Notes: a model not told the origin generated them from the letters alone. A DNA stretch of 32,000 nucleotides from Microcystis aeruginosa NIES-2549 (GCF_000981785.2 NZ_CP011304.1:2130001-2162000), one strand, 5' to 3'; shown: positions 1-9,315, counted from the first letter of the stretch. A program made the numbers and translations.

Positions 1-183
1 CCTGGTATTATATATTCCTGTAAGACTCAGATTTGCTATAAAAAGCCAACCTCCCCACCAAATAGTCATGAAAGTAATAGGATTAGCCAGCCTTTTGAAT
101 TTTAGATAAGATAAAAATACACAGATAAAAACAACTGTAGGAATCAAAAAGATAAAAATTGCAGTATCTTCAAACCAATCCAT
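1..183 (-). CDS. Partial (5' end only) polytopic membrane protein, possibly a Wzy-like polysaccharide polymerase; continues past the window start
   Basis: An ATG at 183-181 (minus strand) opens a frame that stays open to position 1: MDWFEDTAIFIFLIPTVVFICVFLSYLKFKRLANPITFMTIWWGGWLFIANLSLTGIYNTR. It is hydrophobic and helix-rich. It lies 39 nt downstream of the FkbM and flippase genes and in the same orientation. It is absent from the ORF track because it has no stop in the window. The function is a guess from context. Confidence 0.4.
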   Translation of the reverse strand, partial: MDWFEDTAIFIFLIPTVVFICVFLSYLKFKRLANPITFMTIWWGGWLFIANLSLTGIYNTR

Positions 184-222
184 AATTTTTTATATCCTAG
201 CTATACGTTGAATCGATAGTTT

Positions 223-1020
223 TTATTTTTTATTTTTATGTAGGGCAACTATATTTTGATAGGCAAATATTTCACAAAAGATAGGAGAGTATGTATCTAA
301 TGGCAAGAGATGATTCGGTAACATTCTAAAAAGTCGATATTCTTCCAATAAATCGAAGAAATCCTTAAAGAAAGTTCTGCTAAAAACGTTCATTTCATTA
401 AACTCAAAGTGTATAATCTCAATCATACCTTTTTTAAGAGATTCCTTCAAGCCCTCAAGGACACTGTATTCATTCCCCTCAACGTCAATTTTCAGCAATT
501 TTACTTTTTGTATATTCTGCTCAGACAAAAAGCTATCTAAATCAATAACATCCACTAAATGTGCAACTGAATCACACTGGCGAATCTCATTGATAGCACC
601 TCTATACAGAGAAGCATGAGATGAGCCATCTTGATTTTTATAATCATATAGTTCCAATTTCGATTTACTTTTACCGCAACCTAAATTCAAAGCCTTATAC
701 TTATTTTTAATGGCATTCTCTTGAAGTATTTTAAAAGTCTTCGGATGCGGCTCAAACGCATAAATCATAACTCCTGAGTTAAGTTGTTTGATTAAGTTAG
801 AATAATTGCCAACATTTGCTCCGATGTCAAGTACGACTGAACCTGGTTGAAAATTTTTTGTCAGTTTGGTAATAAAAGAATACTCGCCACTTATTTTATC
901 ATTCTTCCAATTCAAAATTCCTAGAAAATTTAGCACCAACAAATATAGCCTGACATTGAAGCTATAAAAAAAAGGTCTTGCTAAAATCCATACTAAAAAG
1001 TTTCTGATTGTTTGTTTCAT
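223..1020 (-). CDS. FkbM-family SAM-dependent methyltransferase
   Basis: 265-aa ORF with the SAM-binding motif VLDIGANVGNYS, FEPHP, and KIDVEGNEYSVLEG, all typical of FkbM-family methyltransferases. It is tightly spaced (25 nt) behind the flippase gene. Confidence 0.85.
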   Translation of the reverse strand: MKQTIRNFLVWILARPFFYSFNVRLYLLVLNFLGILNWKNDKISGEYSFITKLTKNFQPGSVVLDIGANVGNYSNLIKQLNSGVMIYAFEPHPKTFKILQENAIKNKYKALNLGCGKSKSKLELYDYKNQDGSSHASLYRGAINEIRQCDSVAHLVDVIDLDSFLSEQNIQKVKLLKIDVEGNEYSVLEGLKESLKKGMIEIIHFEFNEMNVFSRTFFKDFFDLLEEYRLFRMLPNHLLPLDTYSPIFCEIFAYQNIVALHKNKK

Positions 1021-1045
1021 AGCATTAGTTGTTTTAATTTCAAGA

Positions 1046-2401
1046 CTATATTAGAGTTCGCTTTATTTTATTAAAATAATTTAGATTTTGCTCAAAACGA
1101 AATGGTATAAACAAAGCTTTAGTTAACATCAAACCAGGCTTGAACATAGGAGGATAAAGGAGACAGCTAATATGAGAAGCTACTGCATAGGATAGCACGG
1201 TTGCTATCGCCGCTCCCACACCGCTGTAGGGGGGAATAAGCAAGAAATTCAACCAGACATTGACAATCGCTCCTAATGAAGTCGTCAAAAAACTAAACCG
1301 GGTGAAATTTTCAGCCATTAACCAGTTACTGCGAGCCACCCCCAAAAAGACGAAAGGACCGGCCCAGATGTGCCATGCTAGAATTTGACCAGCTTCAGCA
1401 TAGTCCTTACCGAGCAAATTTGTCAACAAAGGAACTGAAGCAAAAGTCATGGGAACTGCAATGGCCAGTGCCATCCAAGCCATGAGATCGTACAATTGTT
1501 GTAGTCTAGCATAATATTCCTCTCTACTCCTCTGCTTCGCCCGCAGGATTGCAGGAAAGACAGAAGAACAAACTGCCACAGGAATAAAATACCAAATTTC
1601 TGAGAACCTGACCGCCGCCGCATAGTTTCCCACTGCTTGAGCATTTGCCATATTACCGAGCATTATTTGGTCAATCTTCATGTAAATCGTGATCATGACA
1701 CCCGATAGGATCAGCGGCCATGAATCTCGCAGCATTTCTAACCCTTTCGACCAATTGACTCTCCATTGCCATATAGATTGGTGATGCTTAAAATAAACCC
1801 AGAGCATTCCCAGCACCTTCACAACCTGCTCTGCCAGAATTAACCAGACAAAAGCCATTAACGACAACTTGAAGGCAATAAATGAAAGTTTGATCAGGGA
1901 ACTCAAAATTAACTGGACGCTTCTCAGTATAGCTAGGACTCCTGAAAGTACCTGTGATTGAAACCAAAACTCGATCACGTCAAAAGCACTGAACATTAAG
2001 CTAAAGGAAATAATTAAGGTCATCCAGCGAACGTTAGGATCGGCATCAAACGTCCAGATGGCTATACCAGTTATAATAATTGTCAATAAACTGGCTATCA
2101 ACTTTAGCACAAAAGCAGTACCCAAAATCTCTGGGGCAGCCTTTTCTTTATGGACAATATTGCGGACGACGATGGCATTCAAACCCAATTGAGAGATCGC
2201 ACTAAAAAGAGCAACGAAGCTAGTAGTATAACTTAGTTTGCCAAAATTTTCTGACCCTAAATATCTAATAACCCAGATTCCGACGAAAAAGGCTAGTATC
2301 ATGGTCAGGATGCGCTCGACAAACAGCCAGCCGACGTTACCGAGAATTTTACGCAATCCTGGACCCAGTTTCTGAGTGATCCCCGTCAGTTTATCGAACA
2401 T
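1046..2401 (-). CDS. Polysaccharide flippase/exporter (Wzx-like, MOP/PST superfamily)
   Basis: 451-aa protein that is hydrophobic throughout, with roughly 12-14 predicted helices. The N-terminal pattern (NVGWLFVERILTMILAFFVGIWVIRYLGSENFGKLSY) and length fit polysaccharide biosynthesis flippases. It sits in an operon with the methyltransferase. Confidence 0.8.
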   Translation of the reverse strand: MFDKLTGITQKLGPGLRKILGNVGWLFVERILTMILAFFVGIWVIRYLGSENFGKLSYTTSFVALFSAISQLGLNAIVVRNIVHKEKAAPEILGTAFVLKLIASLLTIIITGIAIWTFDADPNVRWMTLIISFSLMFSAFDVIEFWFQSQVLSGVLAILRSVQLILSSLIKLSFIAFKLSLMAFVWLILAEQVVKVLGMLWVYFKHHQSIWQWRVNWSKGLEMLRDSWPLILSGVMITIYMKIDQIMLGNMANAQAVGNYAAAVRFSEIWYFIPVAVCSSVFPAILRAKQRSREEYYARLQQLYDLMAWMALAIAVPMTFASVPLLTNLLGKDYAEAGQILAWHIWAGPFVFLGVARSNWLMAENFTRFSFLTTSLGAIVNVWLNFLLIPPYSGVGAAIATVLSYAVASHISCLLYPPMFKPGLMLTKALFIPFRFEQNLNYFNKIKRTLI

Positions 2402-2470
2402 TCCACCTCGACTTCATAGACATTGACACTATACCACCGATGCTCTTAACTCGACCATTTTCTAGATTTC

Positions 2471-3220
2471 TTATTCAGCCCCCAAGTCAATTCCTATGGC
2501 CTTCAGCTGTGCCGCCATGCGCTCTACCTTCCGTTCGGCTTGTTCGACTCTTTTCCGCTCCTGTTCAATCCGTTCACTACCCCACAATAGTAAATTAACT
2601 GATTGATCCCACCAGCGCAACCAATGAGCCGTTACTGCTGCTTTTTTCCCCTGCCATACTCCTAAAAATAAACCAATTTCTGCCAGCCAGTAACGATAAT
2701 TTTCATCAGCTTTCTGTAACTCATACTTCCCTGCTACTAAGCGATAAACTTCTAATTCTCCTGTTTGTGGTTGAAAAATAATATAGACAGGCACTTGTAA
2801 GATTCGCTCGTAGAAATACCACTTGCCATAGGGATAGTGGGGATTGATAGAATACTCCCCTCCCTCCGTTTCTGAGATGAATTCCATGACAATTGCTGGT
2901 ACTTCCCCTTCTGCATGAGGCGTGTAGCTGCGGGGAATTTCTCCTTCTCGGATAGGTGCTACTGCGGGTACATAAACCCAATCGGGAGCTTTTACTACTG
3001 TCTTACCGCCAACGGTGGCGCAAATGCCAAAATTAGAAGCAATAAGACTCGCTTCCACAATTAAACTGGCTAATTCTAAAGATTCTCGCAAAGCCGCCGC
3101 GAGGAGGGGTTGTAGGGTGCTTTCCACTGGTTCATCAGGGAGGACAAAATCCGCTGGCAATTTCTCCCAGGTAATGGGGGGTAAAGTATCAGAGAGGCGA
3201 GGTGCTAATGGGATTGTCAT
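2471..3220 (-). CDS. Uma2-family (DUF820) PD-(D/E)xK endonuclease-like protein
   Basis: 249 aa. It has the characteristic cyanobacterial Uma2 features: N-terminal PPITWEKLPADFVLPDEPVES, then APDWVYV, VPAIVMEFISETEGGEY and YERILQVPVYIIFQPQTGELEVYRL. It ends in a C-terminal coiled coil (ERIEQERKRVEQAERKVERMAAQLKA). Confidence 0.8.
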   Translation of the reverse strand: MTIPLAPRLSDTLPPITWEKLPADFVLPDEPVESTLQPLLAAALRESLELASLIVEASLIASNFGICATVGGKTVVKAPDWVYVPAVAPIREGEIPRSYTPHAEGEVPAIVMEFISETEGGEYSINPHYPYGKWYFYERILQVPVYIIFQPQTGELEVYRLVAGKYELQKADENYRYWLAEIGLFLGVWQGKKAAVTAHWLRWWDQSVNLLLWGSERIEQERKRVEQAERKVERMAAQLKAIGIDLGAE

Positions 3221-3490
3221 TTAGGCTCTCGTGTGATGGTGGTTATGGCGGTTTAGCTTATTGTAACAGCAGATAATTCTTGCCATTGGCGGGATAGCAG
3301 ATGATTTGTAACCGTTAGGGGTATGTCAAGCAGCCAGTGGCATTGACTAGGTTAAACGCACCTTATTTGGTAATTACTGGAAAAACTAGGGTTATCATTG
3401 TAGCACGGTGTTATGATTGAGCGGTGACAAATCGAGCCAGATTGCCACCGGAAAATCTTTTAATACAGTTATCCCTTGACTATTTGACTA

Positions 3491-5812
3491 ATGATGAACA
3501 ACCAACAAAATGGGGCTTTAAAAACCCAAAGTCAAGCAAATCTGCCAGTTTTTGCCCAACCGGCTTTTATCCCCTCCCCGACGCAAGAAGAAGAGGAACT
3601 CAACCTGCGTCAATTCCTTTCCGTCATCAAGCATCGCTGGTGGTTAATCGCTGGCATCACCCTAGGGGTGACAGGAGCGCTCGCTGTTTGGACTTTTTCA
3701 AAAACCCCTATCTATCAAGGTAGATTCCTGCTGCTCATCGGTCAACCCATCGAGGAAAATAAAAGTTCTTCCAGACTGGCAACCCAAGATATCCTACCTC
3801 AGTTGGGGGGTGAAGACATCGATTATGATACCCAAATCGCCGTTTTAACCAGTCCTCAACTCCTTAACCCCATCCTTAGTAAAATAACCCCTAAGTATCC
3901 CGACTTTACCTACAGTGATTTAATTAGTAAAACTGGCAAATCTGATCTCAAAATTACTCAATTAAAAGAGACGAAAGTTTTAGAAATTTCCTATCAAGAT
4001 GCGGAACCAGAAAAAATCAAGCTGGTTTTAGATAATTTAGCCCGTCATTACCTCAAATATAGTTCTCAGGAACGGAAGACCGAAATTAATCAAGGCTTAG
4101 ACTTTGTTAACGCTCAATTGCCCGTGCTGCGGGAACGAGTTAATTCTCTACAAAAACAAATGCAGCAATTCCGGCAGCAATACAATTTCCTGGATCCCGA
4201 TAAAGAGGCGACTCGTTTATCACAACAATTAACCGCTACTGAACAAGAGTATCAGGCAGCCCAAGTTGCCCTTAACGAAATTAACTCTCGCTATCAAGCT
4301 TTACAACAACAGGTGGGATTAGCCCCTAATCAGGCAATTATCGCCACCTATCTCAGTGAATCTCCCGGTTATCAAGATTTGCTCAAGCAGCTGCAGGAAG
4401 TGGAAGTGGAACTGGCCGAACAATCGGCAGTTTTCGCCAAAGATAGCCCGATAATCGCCACACTAGAGGAAAAACGGGCTAATTTACTGCCCCTACTGCA
4501 AAAAGAGGCCCAGAGAACCCTAGGGGAAAAACTGCCCCAGACAGTGGGTAATTCCCCGGCTTTGGTATCTCAGAGCGCTTTGCGGGTAGAATTAACCCAA
4601 CAATTGGTGGAAGCCGCTAACAGTCGCCAAACCCTAGAAATTAAGGTAGAATCCCTTGCCCGGGCCCTGGAACAGCAGAAAGCCTCGGTCAAAAATCTTG
4701 CGGTTTTGGCCCGTCGCTATACGGATTTGCAGCGAGAATTGGAAATCGCCACCACCAGTCTCGGCGGTTTTCTGGAGGAACAACAAAAATTACAGCTACA
4801 GGTGGCACAACAAGTGGTGCCTTGGCAACTAATTTCCCCCCCAGAAGTAGGGGAAGAGTTCGTTTCCCCTAAACCCACGCGAAATCTGGCTTTAGGGGTT
4901 ATTGGTGGCCTGTTACTAGGACTGGGGGCAGCCTTTTTAGCCGAAAGATTAGACCCCGTTCATCATAGTGCAGATGAACTAAAAGAAGATACCAAACTAC
5001 CCCTTTTAGGCGCAATTCCCTGGCAAAAAGACCTCGGTACGATCGACAAAGTGACCGCCGCCCTACCCCAGTTAACAGTCGGCGCTCGCAAAATTACTAT
5101 CCCTAATACTACCCTAAAATCAGCCAACGAAAACCCCTCCTACTATAATTTCTCCCCCTTCTCGGAAGCTTTCCACACTCTTAATACCAATATTCGCCTC
5201 CTCGGTTCCGATTCCCCCCTCAAGTCCCTCGTGATTAGTTCTGTATCACCGGGAGATGGTAAAACCACCATGGCAATAAATATCGCTAAGGCGGCCGCTC
5301 GTATGGGACAAAAAGTCTTATTGGTGGATGCCGACCTGCGACGACCCCAGATTCACCATCGACTTAATCTCGATAACGACCACGGACTTAGTAATGTCCT
5401 CGCCGAGAATCTCGATTGGAACAAAGCAATTCAATCCCTACCCCGCTACGAGAAGAATTTCGGGAGTTTATCGATTCTTACCGCCGGTTCAATTCCCCCA
5501 GATCCAACCCGCTTGCTTTCTTCCCAGAGAATGCAGGAGATGATCTCGCAATTACAGCAAGACGACGTTTTCGATCTAATTATCTACGATCTACCACCGA
5601 TCGCCGCTTTTGCCGATGCAAAAATTCTCGCCGCCATGGCCACCGGCCTGATTCTCGTCACCAAACTGGGCAAAACTGATCGCTTTGTGCTGAAAAATCT
5701 ACTCGAAGATCTGAGATTATCCCAGATTTCCGTGTTAGGTTTAGTGGCTAATAATGTTAGTCGGAAAGACCACAATTATCGTTACTATGGCTATTACTAC
5801 GGCAAAAGATAA
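3491..5812 (+). CDS. wzc: Polysaccharide co-polymerase / bacterial tyrosine kinase (Wzc/GumC-type chain-length determinant)
   Basis: 773 aa. The N-terminal Wzz-like segment has a TM helix (WWLIAGITLGVTGALAVW). It is followed by a long Q/E-rich coiled-coil region and a second TM helix (LALGVIGGLLLGLGAAFLAE). The C-terminal BY-kinase has Walker A SPGDGKTT, Walker A' LLVDADLRRP, Walker B LIIYDLPP and a Tyr-rich tail YRYYGYYYGKR. Confidence 0.85.
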   Translation: MMNNQQNGALKTQSQANLPVFAQPAFIPSPTQEEEELNLRQFLSVIKHRWWLIAGITLGVTGALAVWTFSKTPIYQGRFLLLIGQPIEENKSSSRLATQDILPQLGGEDIDYDTQIAVLTSPQLLNPILSKITPKYPDFTYSDLISKTGKSDLKITQLKETKVLEISYQDAEPEKIKLVLDNLARHYLKYSSQERKTEINQGLDFVNAQLPVLRERVNSLQKQMQQFRQQYNFLDPDKEATRLSQQLTATEQEYQAAQVALNEINSRYQALQQQVGLAPNQAIIATYLSESPGYQDLLKQLQEVEVELAEQSAVFAKDSPIIATLEEKRANLLPLLQKEAQRTLGEKLPQTVGNSPALVSQSALRVELTQQLVEAANSRQTLEIKVESLARALEQQKASVKNLAVLARRYTDLQRELEIATTSLGGFLEEQQKLQLQVAQQVVPWQLISPPEVGEEFVSPKPTRNLALGVIGGLLLGLGAAFLAERLDPVHHSADELKEDTKLPLLGAIPWQKDLGTIDKVTAALPQLTVGARKITIPNTTLKSANENPSYYNFSPFSEAFHTLNTNIRLLGSDSPLKSLVISSVSPGDGKTTMAINIAKAAARMGQKVLLVDADLRRPQIHHRLNLDNDHGLSNVLAENLDWNKAIQSLPRYEKNFGSLSILTAGSIPPDPTRLLSSQRMQEMISQLQQDDVFDLIIYDLPPIAAFADAKILAAMATGLILVTKLGKTDRFVLKNLLEDLRLSQISVLGLVANNVSRKDHNYRYYGYYYGKR

Positions 5813-5840
5813 TTAAATTGAAGATATATCCCCCCTTAAT

Positions 5841-5875
5841 CCCCCCTTAATAAGGGGGGTGTCTGATGGTTTTTA
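5841..5875 (+). terminator. Possible intrinsic terminator after wzc
   Basis: CCCCCC (5841-5846), loop TTAATAA, GGGGGG (5854-5859), then a TTTTT run at 5870-5874. The T-run is about 10 nt from the stem, so this is weak. The arm CCCCCCTTAAT is duplicated directly upstream (5830-5840). Confidence 0.35.
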
Positions 5876-5891
5876 ACACCTAACTACTTAA

Positions 5892-7349
5892 ATGCGGGTT
5901 TTAATCTGGTATCGCAATGATCTGCGGGTTCACGATCACGAGGCAATTTATCAAGCTGTTCAAGAACAATTAGAGATAATTCCCTTCTATTGTTTTGATG
6001 AGCGTCAATTTGGTCTTACTTCCTACGGGTTTCCAAAAACTGGCAAGTTCCGGGCTAAATTTTTATTAGAAAGCGTAGCAGATTTACGACAATCTCTGGA
6101 AAGTTTAGGCGGTAATTTAATTATCCGACGGGGAAAACCAGAAGAAATTATACCGCAATTAGTTCAACAATTACAGATAGCCAAGGTTTATTATCATCAA
6201 GAGGTGACAGCCGAGGAATTAGTGGTAGATAAAGCTTTAAATAAGGCTTTATCTGGGGTTCCCGTGCAGATAAAAACTTTTTGGACAGCCACTTTATGTC
6301 ATCCTGATGATTTACCTTTTACCCTTAATCAACTGCCGGAATTATTTACTAATTTTCGTAAACAAGTAGAACGTCATTGGGAAATAAGAACAACTTATCC
6401 CACGCCGAAAAAGTTGACAAAATTACCTAAAATAGATTTGGGAAATCTTCCGATTTTAAACGATTTGGGCTTAACAGAACCAATTTTAGACCAGGGAGGT
6501 GTTTTGTCGTTTCAAGGGGGTGAAATGGCAGGAAAATCACGGGTTAAAGAATATATTTGGGATAGTGATTCCTTAAAAACCTATAAGGAAACCAGGAATG
6601 AAATGTTAGGGACTAATTATTCCTCAAAATTCTCAGCTTGGTTAAGTTTTGGCTGTCTTTCCCCCCGTTATATCTATGAGGAAGTACAAAAATATGAGCA
6701 AACAAGAGTAAAAAATGACTCTACCTATTGGCTGATTTTTGAATTATTATGGCGAGATTTTTTCCGATTTATTTGCAGTAAACACGGTAATAAAATTTTC
6801 TATAAATCTGGGTTGCAAGAACTTAATTTACCTTGGTTAGAAGATTGGGAAAGATTTAATCTCTGGTGTGAGGGAAAAACTGGTTATCCCCTTGTAGATG
6901 CTAATATGAGAGAGTTAGCTGCTACAGGATTTATGTCGAATCGTGGCCGGCAAAATGTCGCTAGTTTTCTGACCAAAAATCTCGGTATTGATTGGCGTAT
7001 GGGAGCAGAATGGTTCGAGTCATTATTAATTGATTATGATGTCTGTAGTAATTGGGGTAATTGGAATTATACTGCTGGTGTCGGCAATGATGCACGAGGA
7101 TTTCGTTATTTTAATATCCCTAAACAGTCAAAAGATTATGATCCCAAAGGTGATTATTTACGTCACTGGTTGCCGGAATTAGCCCTAATAAAAGGCGATA
7201 AAATTCACGAACCCTATAAATTATTCCCAGAGGAACAAAAGCGTTATGGGGTGATTTTAGGGGTTAATTATCCCCGTCCTATTGTCGATTTTTTTCAATC
7301 GATCAAACACAACGAAAAAATTTATCTTCAGCATTTCAGTGAACAGTAA
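5892..7349 (+). CDS. cry: DASH-type cryptochrome (photolyase/cryptochrome family)
   Basis: 485 aa, collinear with Synechocystis CRY-DASH as I remember it. Shared motifs: WYRNDLRVHDHE, LPELFTNFRK, FQGGE, DSTYWLIFELLWRDFFRF, TGYPLVDANMRELAATGFMSNRGRQNVASFL, WGAEWFESLLIDYDVCSNWGNWNY and FNIPKQSKDYDP. Confidence 0.9.
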   Translation: MRVLIWYRNDLRVHDHEAIYQAVQEQLEIIPFYCFDERQFGLTSYGFPKTGKFRAKFLLESVADLRQSLESLGGNLIIRRGKPEEIIPQLVQQLQIAKVYYHQEVTAEELVVDKALNKALSGVPVQIKTFWTATLCHPDDLPFTLNQLPELFTNFRKQVERHWEIRTTYPTPKKLTKLPKIDLGNLPILNDLGLTEPILDQGGVLSFQGGEMAGKSRVKEYIWDSDSLKTYKETRNEMLGTNYSSKFSAWLSFGCLSPRYIYEEVQKYEQTRVKNDSTYWLIFELLWRDFFRFICSKHGNKIFYKSGLQELNLPWLEDWERFNLWCEGKTGYPLVDANMRELAATGFMSNRGRQNVASFLTKNLGIDWRMGAEWFESLLIDYDVCSNWGNWNYTAGVGNDARGFRYFNIPKQSKDYDPKGDYLRHWLPELALIKGDKIHEPYKLFPEEQKRYGVILGVNYPRPIVDFFQSIKHNEKIYLQHFSEQ

Positions 7350-7362
7350 TCAGTAATCAGTT
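7337..7362. repeat. Heptanucleotide tandem repeat CAGTRAW x about 3.7, containing the cry stop codon
   Basis: The sequence reads cagtgaa cagtaat cagtaat cagtt. The TAA stop of cry (7347-7349) lies inside the array. The last unit ATCAGTT is the exact reverse complement of the AACTGAT unit at 7566-7607. Confidence 0.75.
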
Positions 7363-7565
7363 GACCTCGAATTAATATTATCTCAAGACTAAAATTTTGT
7401 CTAGACAAGCAACTTACCCAAATAAAAATGATTTTAATGTCCCCAGATTTTTTCAGTTAAATTGAATTAGCAATAATAGATATACATTTTAGCATCGAAT
7501 TAATCATTAGTACAAGCTATCAAAACAAGCTCTGATTGAGTTATAATTTTTGGATATGTCTCATG

Positions 7566-7607
7566 AACTGATAACTGATAACTGATAACTGATAACTGAT
7601 AACTGAT
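7566..7607. repeat. Perfect heptanucleotide tandem repeat (AACTGAT)x6, STRR-like
   Basis: Six exact copies can be read directly. The last nucleotide is the first base of the nadA stop codon (minus-strand TAA at 7609-7607). Confidence 0.95.
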
Positions 7608-8593
7608 TAAGACATTTCTAACATTCTTTGAATCGGCAACAGTGCCTTAACTCTTAAATCTTCAGAAATAGTAATTTCTGGAGTTTTATCTCGCATACAG
7701 AGATACAACTTTTCGAGAGTGTTCAGTCTCATGTAGGGACACTCATTACAAGCACAGTTATTTAAAGCTGGTGCGGGGATAAATACTTTCTCTGGGGCCG
7801 ATTTTTGCATCTGGTGAATAATCCCGGGTTCTGTGACGACAATAAAGGTTTTTTCAGAACTTTTTAGAGAATAATTTAATAGTGCCGTCGTAGAACCAAT
7901 ATAATCGGCATGGCGTAAAACCGATGATTCACACTCAGGATGGGCGATAATTTTTGCTTCTGGATGGGCGACTTTTAATTCTATTATCTTGCGTTCGGAA
8001 AAAGTTTCATGGACAATACAACTACCCTGCCAGAGAACTAAATCTCTACCAGTTTGCTGACTGACGTAACGGCCTAAATTGCGATCAGGAGCGAAGATAA
8101 TCGGTTGATTGACAGGGATTTGATTAACTATTTTGACTGCATTGGAACTGGTGCAGATAATATCACTCATGGCTTTAATTTCTGCACTGCAATTGATATA
8201 GGAAATCACGATATGATCGGGATATTGGGCTTTAAAACGAGCAAAATCTTGAGGATGACAACTATCAGCTAAAGAACATCCCGCATCTAAATCCGGCAGC
8301 AATACCAACTTATCCGGATTTAAGATTTTAGCTGTCTCTCCCATGAAGTGAACCCCCGCAAATACGATTACATCTGCTGGGGTTTGGGCAGCCTGCTGGG
8401 ATAAACCTAGAGAATCACCAATATAATCAGCTATATCCTGTATGTCAGAATTTTGATAGTAGTGAGCCAGAATAACAGCGTTTAATTCCCGTTTAAGCTC
8501 TTTAATTGCTGTAAATAGGTCATCAGGTAAGCTCGATCGATTTGCGGGTTGAACAGTTGTAAACACGGCGGCATTTATGGTTATTTTTACCAA
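7607..8593 (-). CDS. nadA: Quinolinate synthase A
   Basis: 328-aa ORF with NadA hallmarks: [49 protein letters not shown] and the CxxCxxM region ([13 protein letters not shown]). The track start is a TTG. An in-frame GTG at 8566 would give [12 protein letters not shown]..., which looks like the usual cyanobacterial N-terminus, so the true start may be 8566. Confidence 0.9.
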   Translation of the reverse strand: MVKITINAAVFTTVQPANRSSLPDDLFTAIKELKRELNAVILAHYYQNSDIQDIADYIGDSLGLSQQAAQTPADVIVFAGVHFMGETAKILNPDKLVLLPDLDAGCSLADSCHPQDFARFKAQYPDHIVISYINCSAEIKAMSDIICTSSNAVKIVNQIPVNQPIIFAPDRNLGRYVSQQTGRDLVLWQGSCIVHETFSERKIIELKVAHPEAKIIAHPECESSVLRHADYIGSTTALLNYSLKSSEKTFIVVTEPGIIHQMQKSAPEKVFIPAPALNNCACNECPYMRLNTLEKLYLCMRDKTPEITISEDLRVKALLPIQRMLEMS

Positions 8594-8736
8594 ATACTAA
8601 ACATTCCCCTACATTGTAGCAAATTTTTCCGAGGAGAGACCCCAATCAAAAAAAAGCTTGATGGAACAGCGATCAAACGACTGACAACCAAACTCTGACA
8701 CCCTATCCTATCGAGAGATTCTTGGTCAACGGTAAA

Positions 8737-8971
8737 CCCTATGTTAGGGTCTGCTGAAAAAGTTTGTTGGTGGGGGCAGGGTGTGGGGTGTGGGGTGTGG
8801 GGTGTAGGGTTTTACCGATTTTGAGGTAGTCAGTTACCTAATTTTCAGGGAAAAAGTACCTGAATTTTACCCCCGATCCCTCCAATGGTCGGCACTTTTT
8901 GAGGTCAAAAAAGTCTAAAAGCCTTATCCAACAAGGTTTTTAGATTTATTCAGCAAGCCCTATGTTAAGGG
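8737..8971. repeat. Candidate MITE-like element or repeat-rich spacer bounded by imperfect inverted repeats
   Basis: The left arm is ccctatgttagggtctgctgaa (8737-8758) and the right arm is ttcagcaagccctatgttaaggg (8949-8971). About 17 of 23 positions pair as an inverted repeat. Internal sub-repeats include gattttgaggt / ctttttgaggt and tacctaattttcaggg / tacctgaattttaccc. There is no coding capacity. Mobility is not demonstrated. Confidence 0.25.
8772..8810 (+). repeat. G-rich heptamer tandem repeat (GGGGTGT-type, about 4.5 units); canonical G-quadruplex motif
   Basis: The sequence is tgggggcagggtgtggggtgtggggtgtggggtgtagggt. It has six G3-G5 runs separated by 2-4 nt loops, all on the plus strand. 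Confidence 0.9.
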
Positions 8972-9315
8972 TGATCACAATATCAGCCAAGAAAATTTCA
9001 GGTTTATTCCTATCAAATTTCTGGGGACACTTCGGCCGAACGAGATAAAATCAATAAATCTTAGCAGGGTTCCGATTTGGTGCGCTCTGACTTGTATGCT
9101 CACGCTCTTTGCAATATTTACCCGAATAAACCCTCTAAAACTGAGATTATCGCTAAACTTAAAGACTCTTGGTTAAATTCTGGAATTCATTCCTATTTTA
9201 CTCGAGACGAAAAAACTGGGCATAAAATCGAAGTTAACCAATAGTCACCGAGTTTTAAGGCATTAGCGAGGGATAGCCTCTGTCGTTGGCTATTTTACGA
9301 GACTAGGCTCCTGTC

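Noticed and set aside
1447-3723. Short overlapping ORFs at 1447-1644(-), 2721-2981(-), 3015-3224(+) and 3424-3723(+)
   Set aside because: Each lies inside or across a longer ORF with clear family features (flippase, Uma2, Wzc). Their sequences are Arg/Ser-rich and typical of off-frame translation.
5328-5775. Three ORFs of 63-87 aa overlapping the kinase domain of wzc
   Set aside because: They are off-frame or antisense to the well-supported BY-kinase region, which carries the Walker motifs. They have no independent support.
7397-7408. Perfect 12-bp palindrome TTGTCTAGACAA in the cry/nadA spacer
   Set aside because: It lies downstream of both convergent genes, so it is unlikely to be an operator. 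It is too short, with no loop, for a terminator. It occurs only once in the window.
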